From assembly GCA_947461445.1 (NCBI GenBank), contig CANHKV010000002.1:28442-92441 (forward strand): DNA of 64,000 nt. The letters run 5' to 3'. The stretch comes from Holosporales bacterium (GTDB lineage Bacteria > Pseudomonadota > Alphaproteobacteria > Holosporales > Holosporaceae). The stretch's first letter is position 1, and the number at the start of each line of letters is the position of its first letter. The notes below the pieces were generated by a model, which saw only the letters and a program-made list of their open reading frames with translations, did no database searches and was not told the DNA's origin. Shown here piece after piece: positions 10,290 to 19,667 of this stretch. The translations under genes were made by a program, and so were the position numbers.

Positions 10290-11060
10290 TCAGGCGCCTG
10301 TATTGTTACCGGAATGGTGTTCTAATAACTTTTTTAGAAGTAATTGTGTGTAAAGTATTTTACAATATTCGAAGCTTGTATCAAATACGCGGTCAACCAT
10401 TCTTTGCTTTACATCTAAAGTCAAGTTTATTGGAACGGATTCTTTCATAACCGCTGTTTTTGCTGATTCACACAATTCGCTATACAGCGCTCTTGCATAA
10501 TTAAACTTGCGAGCAATGCCAAAATCATTTGGTATCTTACGGCTAACTGTGAATAAAGAGGACAAATTTTTAACCATTTGGTTGGTAAATGTCACCCCAG
10601 GTTCCATTCCATGGATTTCTTTGTTATTCAGAATTTGAGAGAACTTATGTACAAACAGATCGCCTGCACATAAAGAAAGTAATTTCCATCTTCCGATTTC
10701 GCTATGATTTTCAAACATATATTTTTCAAGAGAGCGGACCTCTCCATTTTTTTCAATAGATGATGGACCACGTATCTTCAAACTAGGATCTATTGTTGCC
10801 TTAATTATTTGCTCTATCATTTGTGGAGTAATACCGCTGTCAATTAAAATATAGTCAAGTCCATCGCTCATTGCTCTCTCAATTTTACCCAAGTTTTTTA
10901 TCTTGTGTTTTTGACACAATTCAAAAAATTTACGTTCTTTGCTTTTTGAAGATTGAACATGTTTTACTGCGACTTCATCCTTTGTTTCTTCTACACATTG
11001 AACATGGTTTGCTCCTGTTAATAACGCCATAAGGGCCATAGTTTTCATCCAATGTTTCAT
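10290..11060 (-). CDS. Hypothetical secreted protein (256 aa from the MKHW start), AT-rich island
   Basis: ATG at 11060 is preceded by SD AAAGGTG. Signal-peptide-like MKHWMKTMALMALLTGANHVQC. The ORF track starts 9 codons upstream. No family recognised. Confidence 0.55.
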   Translation of the reverse strand: MKHWMKTMALMALLTGANHVQCVEETKDEVAVKHVQSSKSKERKFFELCQKHKIKNLGKIERAMSDGLDYILIDSGITPQMIEQIIKATIDPSLKIRGPSSIEKNGEVRSLEKYMFENHSEIGRWKLLSLCAGDLFVHKFSQILNNKEIHGMEPGVTFTNQMVKNLSSLFTVSRKIPNDFGIARKFNYARALYSELCESAKTAVMKESVPINLTLDVKQRMVDRVFDTSFEYCKILYTQLLLKKLLEHHSGNNTGA

Positions 11061-11162
11061 ACATACACCTTTTTGTTGATTGTCCAATTACTTTAGGCCA
11101 AAAATTGTTTTTTTAAAATATTTTTAGCCACTTTTTTAAATTGGGATTTATGCCATCCAATG
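11021..11162. repeat. Copy A of a 142-bp repeat (dnaE 3' end fragment, intergenic region, SD and signal-peptide coding)
   Basis: 3 mismatches in 142 nt against 12616-12757 by manual alignment. Confidence 0.9.
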
Positions 11163-11174
11163 GTGTCGTCAAAG

Positions 11175-11216
11175 GACACCTCGGAAACCACGGGTTGAGG
11201 TGTCTGTGATTTTTTA
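11175..11216. terminator. Terminator-like hairpin (8-bp GC-containing stem) flanked by an A-tract and a T-tract
   Basis: GACACCTC-N14-GAGGTGTC followed by TGTGATTTTTT on the + strand. It lies just downstream of the minus-strand 341-aa ORF, so the functional direction is uncertain. Confidence 0.35.
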
Positions 11217-11261
11217 ACAATATGACATTTAATCGTTGTGGCGCCGTAGTAATGCCTTAGT

Positions 11262-12287
11262 TCATTCTTTTTTCGGCGGAATCATAGCCTTAGTTAACTC
11301 TTCTTTCGGCGGAATTGTTAGCGCCATATCTATACCATAACCACTAGGTTTACCAGTTGATTTTTCTTTCAACGGAATACTTACTGGGTGTTTTAAAAAA
11401 ACACCATCATAGTAGCTAAACAGTGCTATTCTCAGCATTCGTTCAACGAAATAGAGCTCAGTCATACTTAGCTTATTCATACTTGGCTCAGTCATACTTA
11501 CTGAAGTTTTTGACATTAAATGTGTAAGATCTGGGACATTTTTATCTTCTTTAACGATGCTAGATACATCATAAAGATCAGGATAGTCTATATAAAAATT
11601 TTTATAATCCAGAATTGGCACATTTATAATTATTATAACACGAATTGACTCATTTGCACCTGTTTCAATACTTTTGGCATTGGATTGAGTAAATTGAATA
11701 GTGTATTTTATAGACTCTTCTTGAGATTCACTAGATGGTACATAAGATCTTATTGATACGGTTTTAATTTTTTTGAAACTATCCATACAACGTACAAAAT
11801 TAAGTAAAGTGCGCACTCTTTCAGTTGAAAAATGTTTTGGTGATTTGTAAAAAAACAAATGTTTATTAAAATCATCTAATGTTTTAAACACTCCATTTGG
11901 GCAATCATTAATATTATGTAAAAATTCTAACAACACACCTAGTATTAATTCTTTATAAATTTCCTTAATATCTTTAGAATCTATGTTTGTAAATTCTTTT
12001 CCGGATTTATTTTCGCATTCTTTTTTTAAATCATTAACATCTATTAACATTATGCGGGACATTGGTTCCATACTCTTTTTATCGAACATACCCAACTTTT
12101 TTTCATAACCATTATTATCAATTTTGTCATTCAGAGATTTTTGTAATTCTTCTAGATACTCTTCCCGTGTTAAGGTAAGGGTGTTTTCACCATAAAGGAA
12201 TGAACGCTTTTCAAAACAATTGCCACCATATTGGTAACAATCAGGATGATCTCCCCTAGCATACCCTTCCTCCGTATGCTTCTTCAA
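11262..12287 (-). CDS. Hypothetical protein (341 aa), AT-rich island, no signal peptide
   Basis: Long ORF in very AT-rich DNA. The only in-frame start is TTG and no SD is seen, so it may be 5'-damaged. No family recognised. Confidence 0.45.
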   Translation of the reverse strand: MKKHTEEGYARGDHPDCYQYGGNCFEKRSFLYGENTLTLTREEYLEELQKSLNDKIDNNGYEKKLGMFDKKSMEPMSRIMLIDVNDLKKECENKSGKEFTNIDSKDIKEIYKELILGVLLEFLHNINDCPNGVFKTLDDFNKHLFFYKSPKHFSTERVRTLLNFVRCMDSFKKIKTVSIRSYVPSSESQEESIKYTIQFTQSNAKSIETGANESIRVIIIINVPILDYKNFYIDYPDLYDVSSIVKEDKNVPDLTHLMSKTSVSMTEPSMNKLSMTELYFVERMLRIALFSYYDGVFLKHPVSIPLKEKSTGKPSGYGIDMALTIPPKEELTKAMIPPKKE

Positions 12288-12412
12288 AGGAAAAAAATTA
12301 ACATGTTTGCTATCAGTATTTTTTTACGCTCAATAAAACAATTGGAAAATAATTCTTTAAAAATTTGATGAATTTGAAAACTAGCATATTCTTTAATTTT
12401 ACATTCTTCATT

Positions 12413-12655
12413 TTAACGTTCTTTATTTTTATTTACCAAGTTTTTTTCATTGCTGTTAACATCTTGTATATCCGATTTTTCAAGCTCCACACCTTTCATA
12501 GGATCGTCGCTATTTTCATCAAAAGTATATTCATCAAAAGTATATTTTTTATTATATTCAGATTCCGCAGTATCGATGGTGCTATCTACGCAATAAATAG
12601 AACCCGCATGGCATGATAACGCCATAAGGGCCATAGTTTTCATCCAATGTTTCAT
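12413..12655 (-). CDS. Small hypothetical secreted acidic protein (80 aa from the MKHW start)
   Basis: Same SD and MKHWMKTMALMAL signal-peptide start as the gene at 10290-11060. The mature part is unrelated and contains the YTFDE-YTFDE duplication. Confidence 0.45.
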   Translation of the reverse strand: MKHWMKTMALMALSCHAGSIYCVDSTIDTAESEYNKKYTFDEYTFDENSDDPMKGVELEKSDIQDVNSNEKNLVNKNKER

Positions 12656-12757
12656 GCATACACCTTTTTGTTGATTGTCCAATTACTTTAAGCCAAAAAT
12701 TGTTTTTTTAAAATATTTTTAACCACTTTTTTAAATTGGGATTTATGCCATCCAATG
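12616..12757. repeat. Copy B of the 142-bp repeat; includes the genuine dnaE stop and last codons
   Basis: Aligned by eye to 11021-11162. The repeat ends 15 nt into the dnaE ORF (12743-12757). Confidence 0.9.
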
Positions 12758-15700
12758 TTGTAAGTGAGAGCGCAACGATGGGGTTAAACGATATCTGTTG
12801 GGCAATAGGATGCGTAGGGCAAGGATTTTTTCCTCTGCTGAAATGGTCACACACACGGTTACGCGGGTATTCCCGGACGGTGCTTTGCTTAACAACCCAC
12901 ACACAAAGGCTACTTGGTCTTCTGGCAGATGTAACACCACAGAATTTTCTCGAGTATACACATCAATAGGGTATAATTCTGTGGCAGATAAACGAATGCT
13001 TTCCGCCGCCACGCGCCCTGAAATTTTTAAAGCAATGGCCGCACCAGGAACCAACATGGATCTGTGTTGGGTCAATAGTTCAGAAAACAGCGTAACCTCG
13101 TAACTGCCTGTGGGATCTGATAAGTGCAAAAAAGCATATTTTTTTCCGGTTTTACTGATTTTTTCAGTCATTTCCAAAACCATGCCCATCATGGGAAAGG
13201 TTTTTTTCTCTGTGACCATTTCCTGAGTAATGCATTCGGATAACACAAAATTTTCTGATGGATAGCCTTCTAGGGGGTGTGCCGTAAGGTAAAATCCAAT
13301 GGCTTGACGCTCGTAATCCAAGGCTTCGTACATGGACCAGGGCATGACGTCTTTTAATACACACGTGTTTTCTATGGGAAACAACAGACTGGTTGTTTGC
13401 ACCGGTACGCCTCCACGCAACAGGTTTTCCACGCTGGCCCACAATGCCGCCCTTTGTCCAGGGTGCACAGAATCAAACGCCCCCGCAGCAATTAAACTTT
13501 CCAGATTCTTTTTATTTAGCCCCAAAGGGCCAATACGCCGTATACAGTCAGAAACCGATTGAAAAGGTCCGTTTTGTATGCGATTTTCCACCATTTTTTC
13601 CATCACCACTGTGCCGACACCCTTTAATGCTGACAGGCCATAACGAATACAATCCCCCTGTTCTATGGAAAACAGAGCATTGGATGCATTAATATCTGGG
13701 GGGAAAATGTCTATTCCCATGCGCCGTGATTCGCGTACAAACAAACGTAATTTATCCACATTGTGGGCATCATGAATCATCAACGCTGTCATAAATTCCA
13801 CGGCATAGTTGGCTTTTAAATAGGCCGTTTGATAGGAAATCAAAGCATAGGGTGTGGCATGGGCCTTTGGAAAGGCATAGCTGGCAAATTTGGCAATTTG
13901 ATCAAATAATGTCGTGGCACGCGTGGGATCACCGCCATAGGTTTTGATCACGCCATCGACAAAGATTTTTCGCTGCGCATCCATTTCTGATTTGATTTTT
14001 TTACCCATGGCCCGACGCAATAAATCGGCTCCGCCTAGGCTGTAACCCGCCAACGTTCGAGCAATTTGCAATACTTGCTCTTGATAAACCATAACACCAA
14101 AGGTTTCTTTCAAAATGTCTTCCAGACAGGCGTACGGGTATGAGGCGACCTCTTTACCGTGACGACAGGCCAAATAACGGGGAATATCATCCATGGGACC
14201 AGGACGATACAAGGCCACCAATGCGATAATTTCATTAAAATGTTCGGGTTGTAATTGCCTTAACACATCGCTCATGCCCGCACTTTCTAACTGGAACAGC
14301 CCAACCGTTTCTGCTCGAGCCAACAATTGAAAGGTGGCAGGATCATCCAAGGGAATGGCCGTCAGCACCACATGAACGTGACGTTTCCGCAACAATTCCA
14401 CCGTTGTTTGCAATACGGTCAAGGTTTTTAGACCTAAAAAATCGAATTTAACCAACCCTGCGCTTTCCACATATTTCATAGAAAATTCTGTGGCGGGCAG
14501 AGCAGAGCCCTCGTCTTGATACAGCGGAACCACGTCGGTCAACGGATTCTTGCTGATGATCACACCCGCCGCATGGGTAGAGGCGTGACGATACAGTCCC
14601 TCTAGTTTCAAGCCGATGTCCAGTAATTTTTTAACCTGATCATCCTCTTCAGCCATGGCTTCCAATTGGGGTTCCAGCTTCAGGGCCTCTTTTAAACTGA
14701 CGGGGGCAGCCGGATTATGGGGGATTAGTTTACAAATCTTATCCACTTGACCATAGGACATCTGCAACACACGCCCCACATCGCGCAACACGGCCCGAGA
14801 CTGTAGGGTACCAAACGTAATGATATGGGCCACATGGGCGGCACCATATTTATCGCGGACATAGGCAATCACCTCGTCTCTGCGTTCTTGACAGAAATCC
14901 ACATCAAAGTCGGGCATGCTGACACGATCTGGATTCAAAAAACGTTCAAAAAATAATTCGAATCGAATGGGGTCAACGTCGGTAATAGACAGGGACCACG
15001 CCACCAAAGAGCTCGCCCCTGACCCACGTCCCGGCCCCACGGGAATGCCGTTATTTTTCGCCCATTGAATGAAATCTGAAACGATTAAAAAGTATCCCGG
15101 AAAGCCCATGCGCACAATCATATCGCATTCGTAATCCAGACGTTTTTGGTAATCATCACGCAATGTGTCGTGACTGGATTGGGGATGCAGTGGGTACACT
15201 TCGTTTTGCAGCCGTTGATTCAGACCAGATTGGGCTTGATGGGATAATTCTTTGGGTTCGGGTTGCCCACAGGGAAAGGAGGGCAAGGTGGGGGGTTGGG
15301 CACGCAACAAAAAAGAACAGCGTTGCACCAGATGTTGGGTATTGGTTATGGCCTCTGGCACATCGGCAAAGAGTTGCACCATATCGGCTGGACTGCGGAA
15401 AAATCGATAGGGACTGACCCGTGGCCGGTCTTCTTCGTAAACGTATCGCCCCAACGCCACACAGCGCAGCGCGTCATGGGCCTCGTGATCTTCTGGATTT
15501 AAAAACATAACCTGATTGGTGGCAATCAAGGGTAGACCCAAATCAAAGGCCCATTGTATCAGGCGCTCTTCGCTGTTTAGACGTTTATCCGATAATTCAG
15601 GGTCAATGCATCCCTCTTCGGGCAGAGCCTCTTCACGCTGTAATTCCACATACAGGCGTTGATCAAACTGTTGCACCAGATCGTGTAAAATGTCTTTGGC

Positions 15701-16147
15701 CGTATCCAAACGATCGCGCTCTATGTGTTGATTAATGGCACCTTCTATACCGCCCGTCAGCACCAAGATATGTTCACCATACTGTTTTAATTGATCCCAT
15801 GTGACAGAGCCACGCAATGCAGAGGGTTGATTTACCGTGGATGCACTGACCAGGCGGCATAAATTTTGATACCCCTGGTGATTTTGTGCAAAAACAACCA
15901 AAGGATAGGGGGTCATACTGGATGAATGGATCCAGGACAGTTGCGTCCCTATGATGGGGTGAATGCCCTTTTTTTGACAAGCCAGTGAAAATTCTAAGGC
16001 CCCAAATAAATGCCCGGTATCCGCAATACCCAGGGCCATCATGCCGTATTCTAATGCTTTTTCAATCAATGTTTTGGTGGGTATGGCGCCTTCTAGCAAG
16101 GAATAAGGGGTGTGATTGCGCAAGGCATAATAAGGGCAGGTCATCAT
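12743..16147 (-). CDS. dnaE: DNA polymerase III alpha subunit
   Basis: 1134 aa. N-terminal PHP domain, conserved polymerase core (GPGRGSGASSLVAWSL, PDFDVDF) and a C-terminal OB-fold region. Confidence 0.95.
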   Translation of the reverse strand: MMTCPYYALRNHTPYSLLEGAIPTKTLIEKALEYGMMALGIADTGHLFGALEFSLACQKKGIHPIIGTQLSWIHSSSMTPYPLVVFAQNHQGYQNLCRLVSASTVNQPSALRGSVTWDQLKQYGEHILVLTGGIEGAINQHIERDRLDTAKDILHDLVQQFDQRLYVELQREEALPEEGCIDPELSDKRLNSEERLIQWAFDLGLPLIATNQVMFLNPEDHEAHDALRCVALGRYVYEEDRPRVSPYRFFRSPADMVQLFADVPEAITNTQHLVQRCSFLLRAQPPTLPSFPCGQPEPKELSHQAQSGLNQRLQNEVYPLHPQSSHDTLRDDYQKRLDYECDMIVRMGFPGYFLIVSDFIQWAKNNGIPVGPGRGSGASSLVAWSLSITDVDPIRFELFFERFLNPDRVSMPDFDVDFCQERRDEVIAYVRDKYGAAHVAHIITFGTLQSRAVLRDVGRVLQMSYGQVDKICKLIPHNPAAPVSLKEALKLEPQLEAMAEEDDQVKKLLDIGLKLEGLYRHASTHAAGVIISKNPLTDVVPLYQDEGSALPATEFSMKYVESAGLVKFDFLGLKTLTVLQTTVELLRKRHVHVVLTAIPLDDPATFQLLARAETVGLFQLESAGMSDVLRQLQPEHFNEIIALVALYRPGPMDDIPRYLACRHGKEVASYPYACLEDILKETFGVMVYQEQVLQIARTLAGYSLGGADLLRRAMGKKIKSEMDAQRKIFVDGVIKTYGGDPTRATTLFDQIAKFASYAFPKAHATPYALISYQTAYLKANYAVEFMTALMIHDAHNVDKLRLFVRESRRMGIDIFPPDINASNALFSIEQGDCIRYGLSALKGVGTVVMEKMVENRIQNGPFQSVSDCIRRIGPLGLNKKNLESLIAAGAFDSVHPGQRAALWASVENLLRGGVPVQTTSLLFPIENTCVLKDVMPWSMYEALDYERQAIGFYLTAHPLEGYPSENFVLSECITQEMVTEKKTFPMMGMVLEMTEKISKTGKKYAFLHLSDPTGSYEVTLFSELLTQHRSMLVPGAAIALKISGRVAAESIRLSATELYPIDVYTRENSVVLHLPEDQVAFVCGLLSKAPSGNTRVTVCVTISAEEKILALRILLPNRYRLTPSLRSHLQHWMA

Positions 16148-16324
16148 GGGAGAAAAATCACAGAATAGGTGCAGTTTAACACGATCCTGGTGCCAGGCCC
16201 AAAACCCTTTAACACACCCATTTTGGATCCTTTTTGCCCCGGTTTTCGTACCAATGGGGGTGGTATTGGCGATTGTTTTCAGGTATTATAGATCACAAAT
16301 CTGGTATAAAAATGTGATTTAATC

Positions 16325-16486
16325 ATGGCAAAAAGCTCAAAGAAAACGTTAATTCGTTTGGTCAGCACAGAGGGGTCTGGCACATTTTATGTCGCACGGA
16401 CCAAGGGAAAAACCAATTTAATGTTGCGTAAATACGATAAAAAACTCCGCCGTCATGTGATGTTTAAAGAAGCCAAAATGAAGTAA
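16325..16486 (+). CDS. rpmG: 50S ribosomal protein L33
   Basis: 53-aa ORF below the ORF-track cutoff. MAKSSKKTLIRLVSTEGSGTFYVARTKGKTNLMLRKYDKKLRRHVMFKEAKMK matches the L33 pattern. Confidence 0.85.
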   Translation: MAKSSKKTLIRLVSTEGSGTFYVARTKGKTNLMLRKYDKKLRRHVMFKEAKMK

Positions 16487-16858
16487 TCTGGATTCCCTTG
16501 GTCGATCTCTTCATTGATCGGCCGGTGGGTTTATCTGTCCGTCTTTTGGTCCGTAAAGACGTTTTTACCGTACCAAATTCCTTTGGCCATCAGGTTTAAG
16601 GTGTTTTCTGAAATCATTTAGACGTGTATTTATATTCCTTTGATCAGCCCATAAGGATCATCTAAGAGTGGGGTATGGAATCATTGTCAGATAGACCCAC
16701 TTTTTCCTTACATCCTTAAACACCCTTTGAAATCCCCATCTAAAGACTTGATTTAGGTCATCCGTTTTTTCTTGTGATGACGGGCACAGACGAAAAATGA
16801 GCCCACCATTGTGCCTCAAAAGGGATAAAAAGTCGTGTATAGATCACAAATATGATTC

Positions 16859-17758
16859 TTATATCGCTGTGCTGTATTCACCCCAACGCACAATTTCCCA
16901 CCGTAATGTTACGCCACTTTGATCAAAAACGGCCTGTTTGGCTTGTTCCGCCAATGTTTCCAGGTCCTGGGCGCTGGCGTGACCAAGATTGATTAAAAAG
17001 TTACAATGTTTTTCTGAAAACATGGCTTGTCCCAGCTTTTTCCCACGAAATCCCGCTTGATCAATCCATTTCCACGCGGAACCATTCTGGGGATTGGCAA
17101 AGGTGCTCCCTCCTGTTTTCACCATGATTGGTTGGGTTTTTTCTCTCTGCAGATGCATTTCTGCCATGGTCAGCGCAATACCATCGGGTTGACTTGGGGT
17201 ACAAAGAAATCGCGCACCCAGAAAAATCCACCCCAATGGCAACCCGCAAGACCGATATCCGTAATTCAACTCTTGGGGCAAGAGGAGGTGGGTCTTTCCA
17301 AAAGGATCCATGACCTTGGCATGCACCAAGCGATCGGCAAAACCTGCCCCATAACAACTGGCATTCATGGCCAAACCGCCGCCAATGGTTCCGGGAATGG
17401 TGGTCATAAATTCCAGACCAGATAAACCGAATTTTTGGCATTGATCCGCCACATACCGATCTAGCAGTCCAGCGCCTACATCAATATGGGTATCGGTGGC
17501 ATGAAAGGCACGAAATCCTTTGCCTATTTTAATGACGCATCCAGAAACACCGCCATCTCTGACCAAAAGGTTGGATCCTGCACCCAAAATATAGGTGTTT
17601 TCTTGGGGAAATTGCTGTAAAAAAAGGGATAAATCTTGTTCATCTTTGGGATGAAACATACACGATGCTTCACCACCGACGCGCAGCCATGTCATCTTGG
17701 ATAGGGGAACATTGTGTTCTATTCGCCCCGAAATCTGGGCATTTTTTCCAGGAATCAT
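16859..17758 (-). CDS. murB: UDP-N-acetylenolpyruvoylglucosamine reductase
   Basis: FAD-binding N-domain (RVGGEA...ILGAGSNLLVRDGG) and a GGSTFANP motif, 299 aa. Confidence 0.9.
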   Translation of the reverse strand: MIPGKNAQISGRIEHNVPLSKMTWLRVGGEASCMFHPKDEQDLSLFLQQFPQENTYILGAGSNLLVRDGGVSGCVIKIGKGFRAFHATDTHIDVGAGLLDRYVADQCQKFGLSGLEFMTTIPGTIGGGLAMNASCYGAGFADRLVHAKVMDPFGKTHLLLPQELNYGYRSCGLPLGWIFLGARFLCTPSQPDGIALTMAEMHLQREKTQPIMVKTGGSTFANPQNGSAWKWIDQAGFRGKKLGQAMFSEKHCNFLINLGHASAQDLETLAEQAKQAVFDQSGVTLRWEIVRWGEYSTAI

Positions 17759-17915
17759 GAGGGCTGTGGATTCAACGTTTTCTGAACCCAGTGTAACCGA
17801 TGTGCGTCCATAAAAAAATGGCTTTGCCCACCTTGCTTTATTCTGCAGGGCTTTTCAAAACACGGTGATATCCCTATACTTTCTAACAAGTCTCTTTGTA
17901 AAAATGGGGTATTTT

Positions 17916-18203
17916 ATGTCTGCAACACTTGCGATAAATCAAATTGCCACCATGCAACGTTTGGCTCGATTGTATTTAACCCCAGAAGAATCCGTATCCT
18001 TGAGCCAAGATTTGGCCAAGGTTTTGTCTTGGGTTGGACAATTAGAAGGCGTTTGTGTGCGCGGCATTCCAGAATCCGAACAACCGGCCATGGCGCTACG
18101 CCAGGATTGCGTAACAGAGGGTGAGCAAGCCGCATGGGTGTTAAGCAACGCCCCTTGTCCAAAAGATTCCTTTTTCACCGTTCCAAAGGTTTTGAAATCA
18201 TGA
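17916..18203 (+). CDS. gatC: Asp/Glu-tRNA amidotransferase subunit C
   Basis: 95 aa from ATG 17916. Directly precedes gatA with an ATGA overlap. Typical GatC length and position. Confidence 0.85.
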   Translation: MSATLAINQIATMQRLARLYLTPEESVSLSQDLAKVLSWVGQLEGVCVRGIPESEQPAMALRQDCVTEGEQAAWVLSNAPCPKDSFFTVPKVLKS

Positions 18204-19654
18204 GCTCCTTACTGAAATTATCCTTGGACCATGTTCTGAGTGGTTTACAGAGCAAAGCATTTTCCGCAACAGAATTAACCCAAAGTTATCTGGATCAAAT
18301 CGACCGCACCAGTGAGCATAATGCGTATATTACGGTTACAAAAGAGCGAGCGCTGCAAGACGCGAAACGCAGTGATGAACGTTTGGCCAACGGAACCGCA
18401 GGGGTACTAGAGGGTGTCCCCATTGCGGTAAAAGATGCCTATTGTACCAAAAATATTCGGACCACGGCGGCATCCAAAATACTGCATAATTTTATCCCGC
18501 CCTATGAATCCCATGTGACCCAAAAAGTATCGGATGCGGGGGCTGTTTTATTGGGAAAAACCAATCTAGATGAATTTTGCATGGGATCCACCACCACGCC
18601 TATTCATACAGGAGCCACCCAAAATCCATGGAATCCGTCTTGTACGACAGGAGGATCTTCTGGGGGGTCGGCCGCAGCCATTGCCAATGGATCTGCCTTG
18701 TTGGCACTGGGAACCGATACGGGCGGATCTGTACGTCAACCTGCAGCATTTTGTGGTGTTGTTGGCGTAAAGCCCAGTTATGGACGCTGTTCTCGTTGGG
18801 GAGTTGTGGCCTATGCATCATCTTTAGATACCCCTGGGCCTTTTGCACGATCGGTCAAGGACTCTGCGCTCTTGCTGAACGTAATGGCCGGATATGATGC
18901 CAAAGATGCAACGTCTTTAAATCTGCCTGTGCCTGATTTTACACGACATATTGGGCAATCCTTGGTGGGTAAAAAAATTGGCATTCCAAAAGAGTGGTAC
19001 GAAAACAGTCAAATGGATCCAGAAATAATGGATTTATGGAAAAAAGGTCAAGAGTTGTTTGAAAAAAATGGCTGTGAAATTGTGCATGTATCCTTGCCCT
19101 ACAGCAGCTATGCCTTGCCATGTTATTATATTTTAGCCTGTGCAGAGGCGGCATCCAATTTACAGCGTTACGATGGTGTGAAATACGGATTTCGTGCCGA
19201 AAATATTGAAAATTTAGAGGACATGTATTTCCAAACCAGGGGTCAGGGGTTTGGTCCAGAGGTAAAAAGACGTATTCTATTGGGCACGTATGTGCTTTCT
19301 CACGGGTATTACGATGCCTATTACAACAAAGCACAGAAAGTGCGCGCCATGATCCAACACGATTTTCGTCAAGTGTTTCAGCAGGTTGATGTGGTATTAA
19401 CCCCCACAACGCCCACACCAGCATTTGCCTTGGGTGCAGCTGCATCAGACCCTGTGGCCATGTACTGGAACGATGTTTTAACCGTTCCTGTTAACGTGGG
19501 CAATGTGTGCGCCATTTCTGTGCCAGCTGGCCTGTCGAATACAGGATTGCCCTTGGGATTGCAACTGATTGCACCATCGTTGGCCGAAGATCGCTTGTTC
19601 CAATTTGGCCACATCATTGAATCCAGTACATCCATGCCTGATTTACCCTTTTAA
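18200..19654 (+). CDS. gatA: Asp/Glu-tRNA amidotransferase subunit A
   Basis: Amidase signature GGSSGGSAAAIA...GTDTGGSVRQPA. The start MSSLLKL at 18200 overlaps the gatC stop. Confidence 0.95.
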   Translation: MSSLLKLSLDHVLSGLQSKAFSATELTQSYLDQIDRTSEHNAYITVTKERALQDAKRSDERLANGTAGVLEGVPIAVKDAYCTKNIRTTAASKILHNFIPPYESHVTQKVSDAGAVLLGKTNLDEFCMGSTTTPIHTGATQNPWNPSCTTGGSSGGSAAAIANGSALLALGTDTGGSVRQPAAFCGVVGVKPSYGRCSRWGVVAYASSLDTPGPFARSVKDSALLLNVMAGYDAKDATSLNLPVPDFTRHIGQSLVGKKIGIPKEWYENSQMDPEIMDLWKKGQELFEKNGCEIVHVSLPYSSYALPCYYILACAEAASNLQRYDGVKYGFRAENIENLEDMYFQTRGQGFGPEVKRRILLGTYVLSHGYYDAYYNKAQKVRAMIQHDFRQVFQQVDVVLTPTTPTPAFALGAAASDPVAMYWNDVLTVPVNVGNVCAISVPAGLSNTGLPLGLQLIAPSLAEDRLFQFGHIIESSTSMPDLPF

Positions 19655-19667
19655 CCGGAATAATGCC

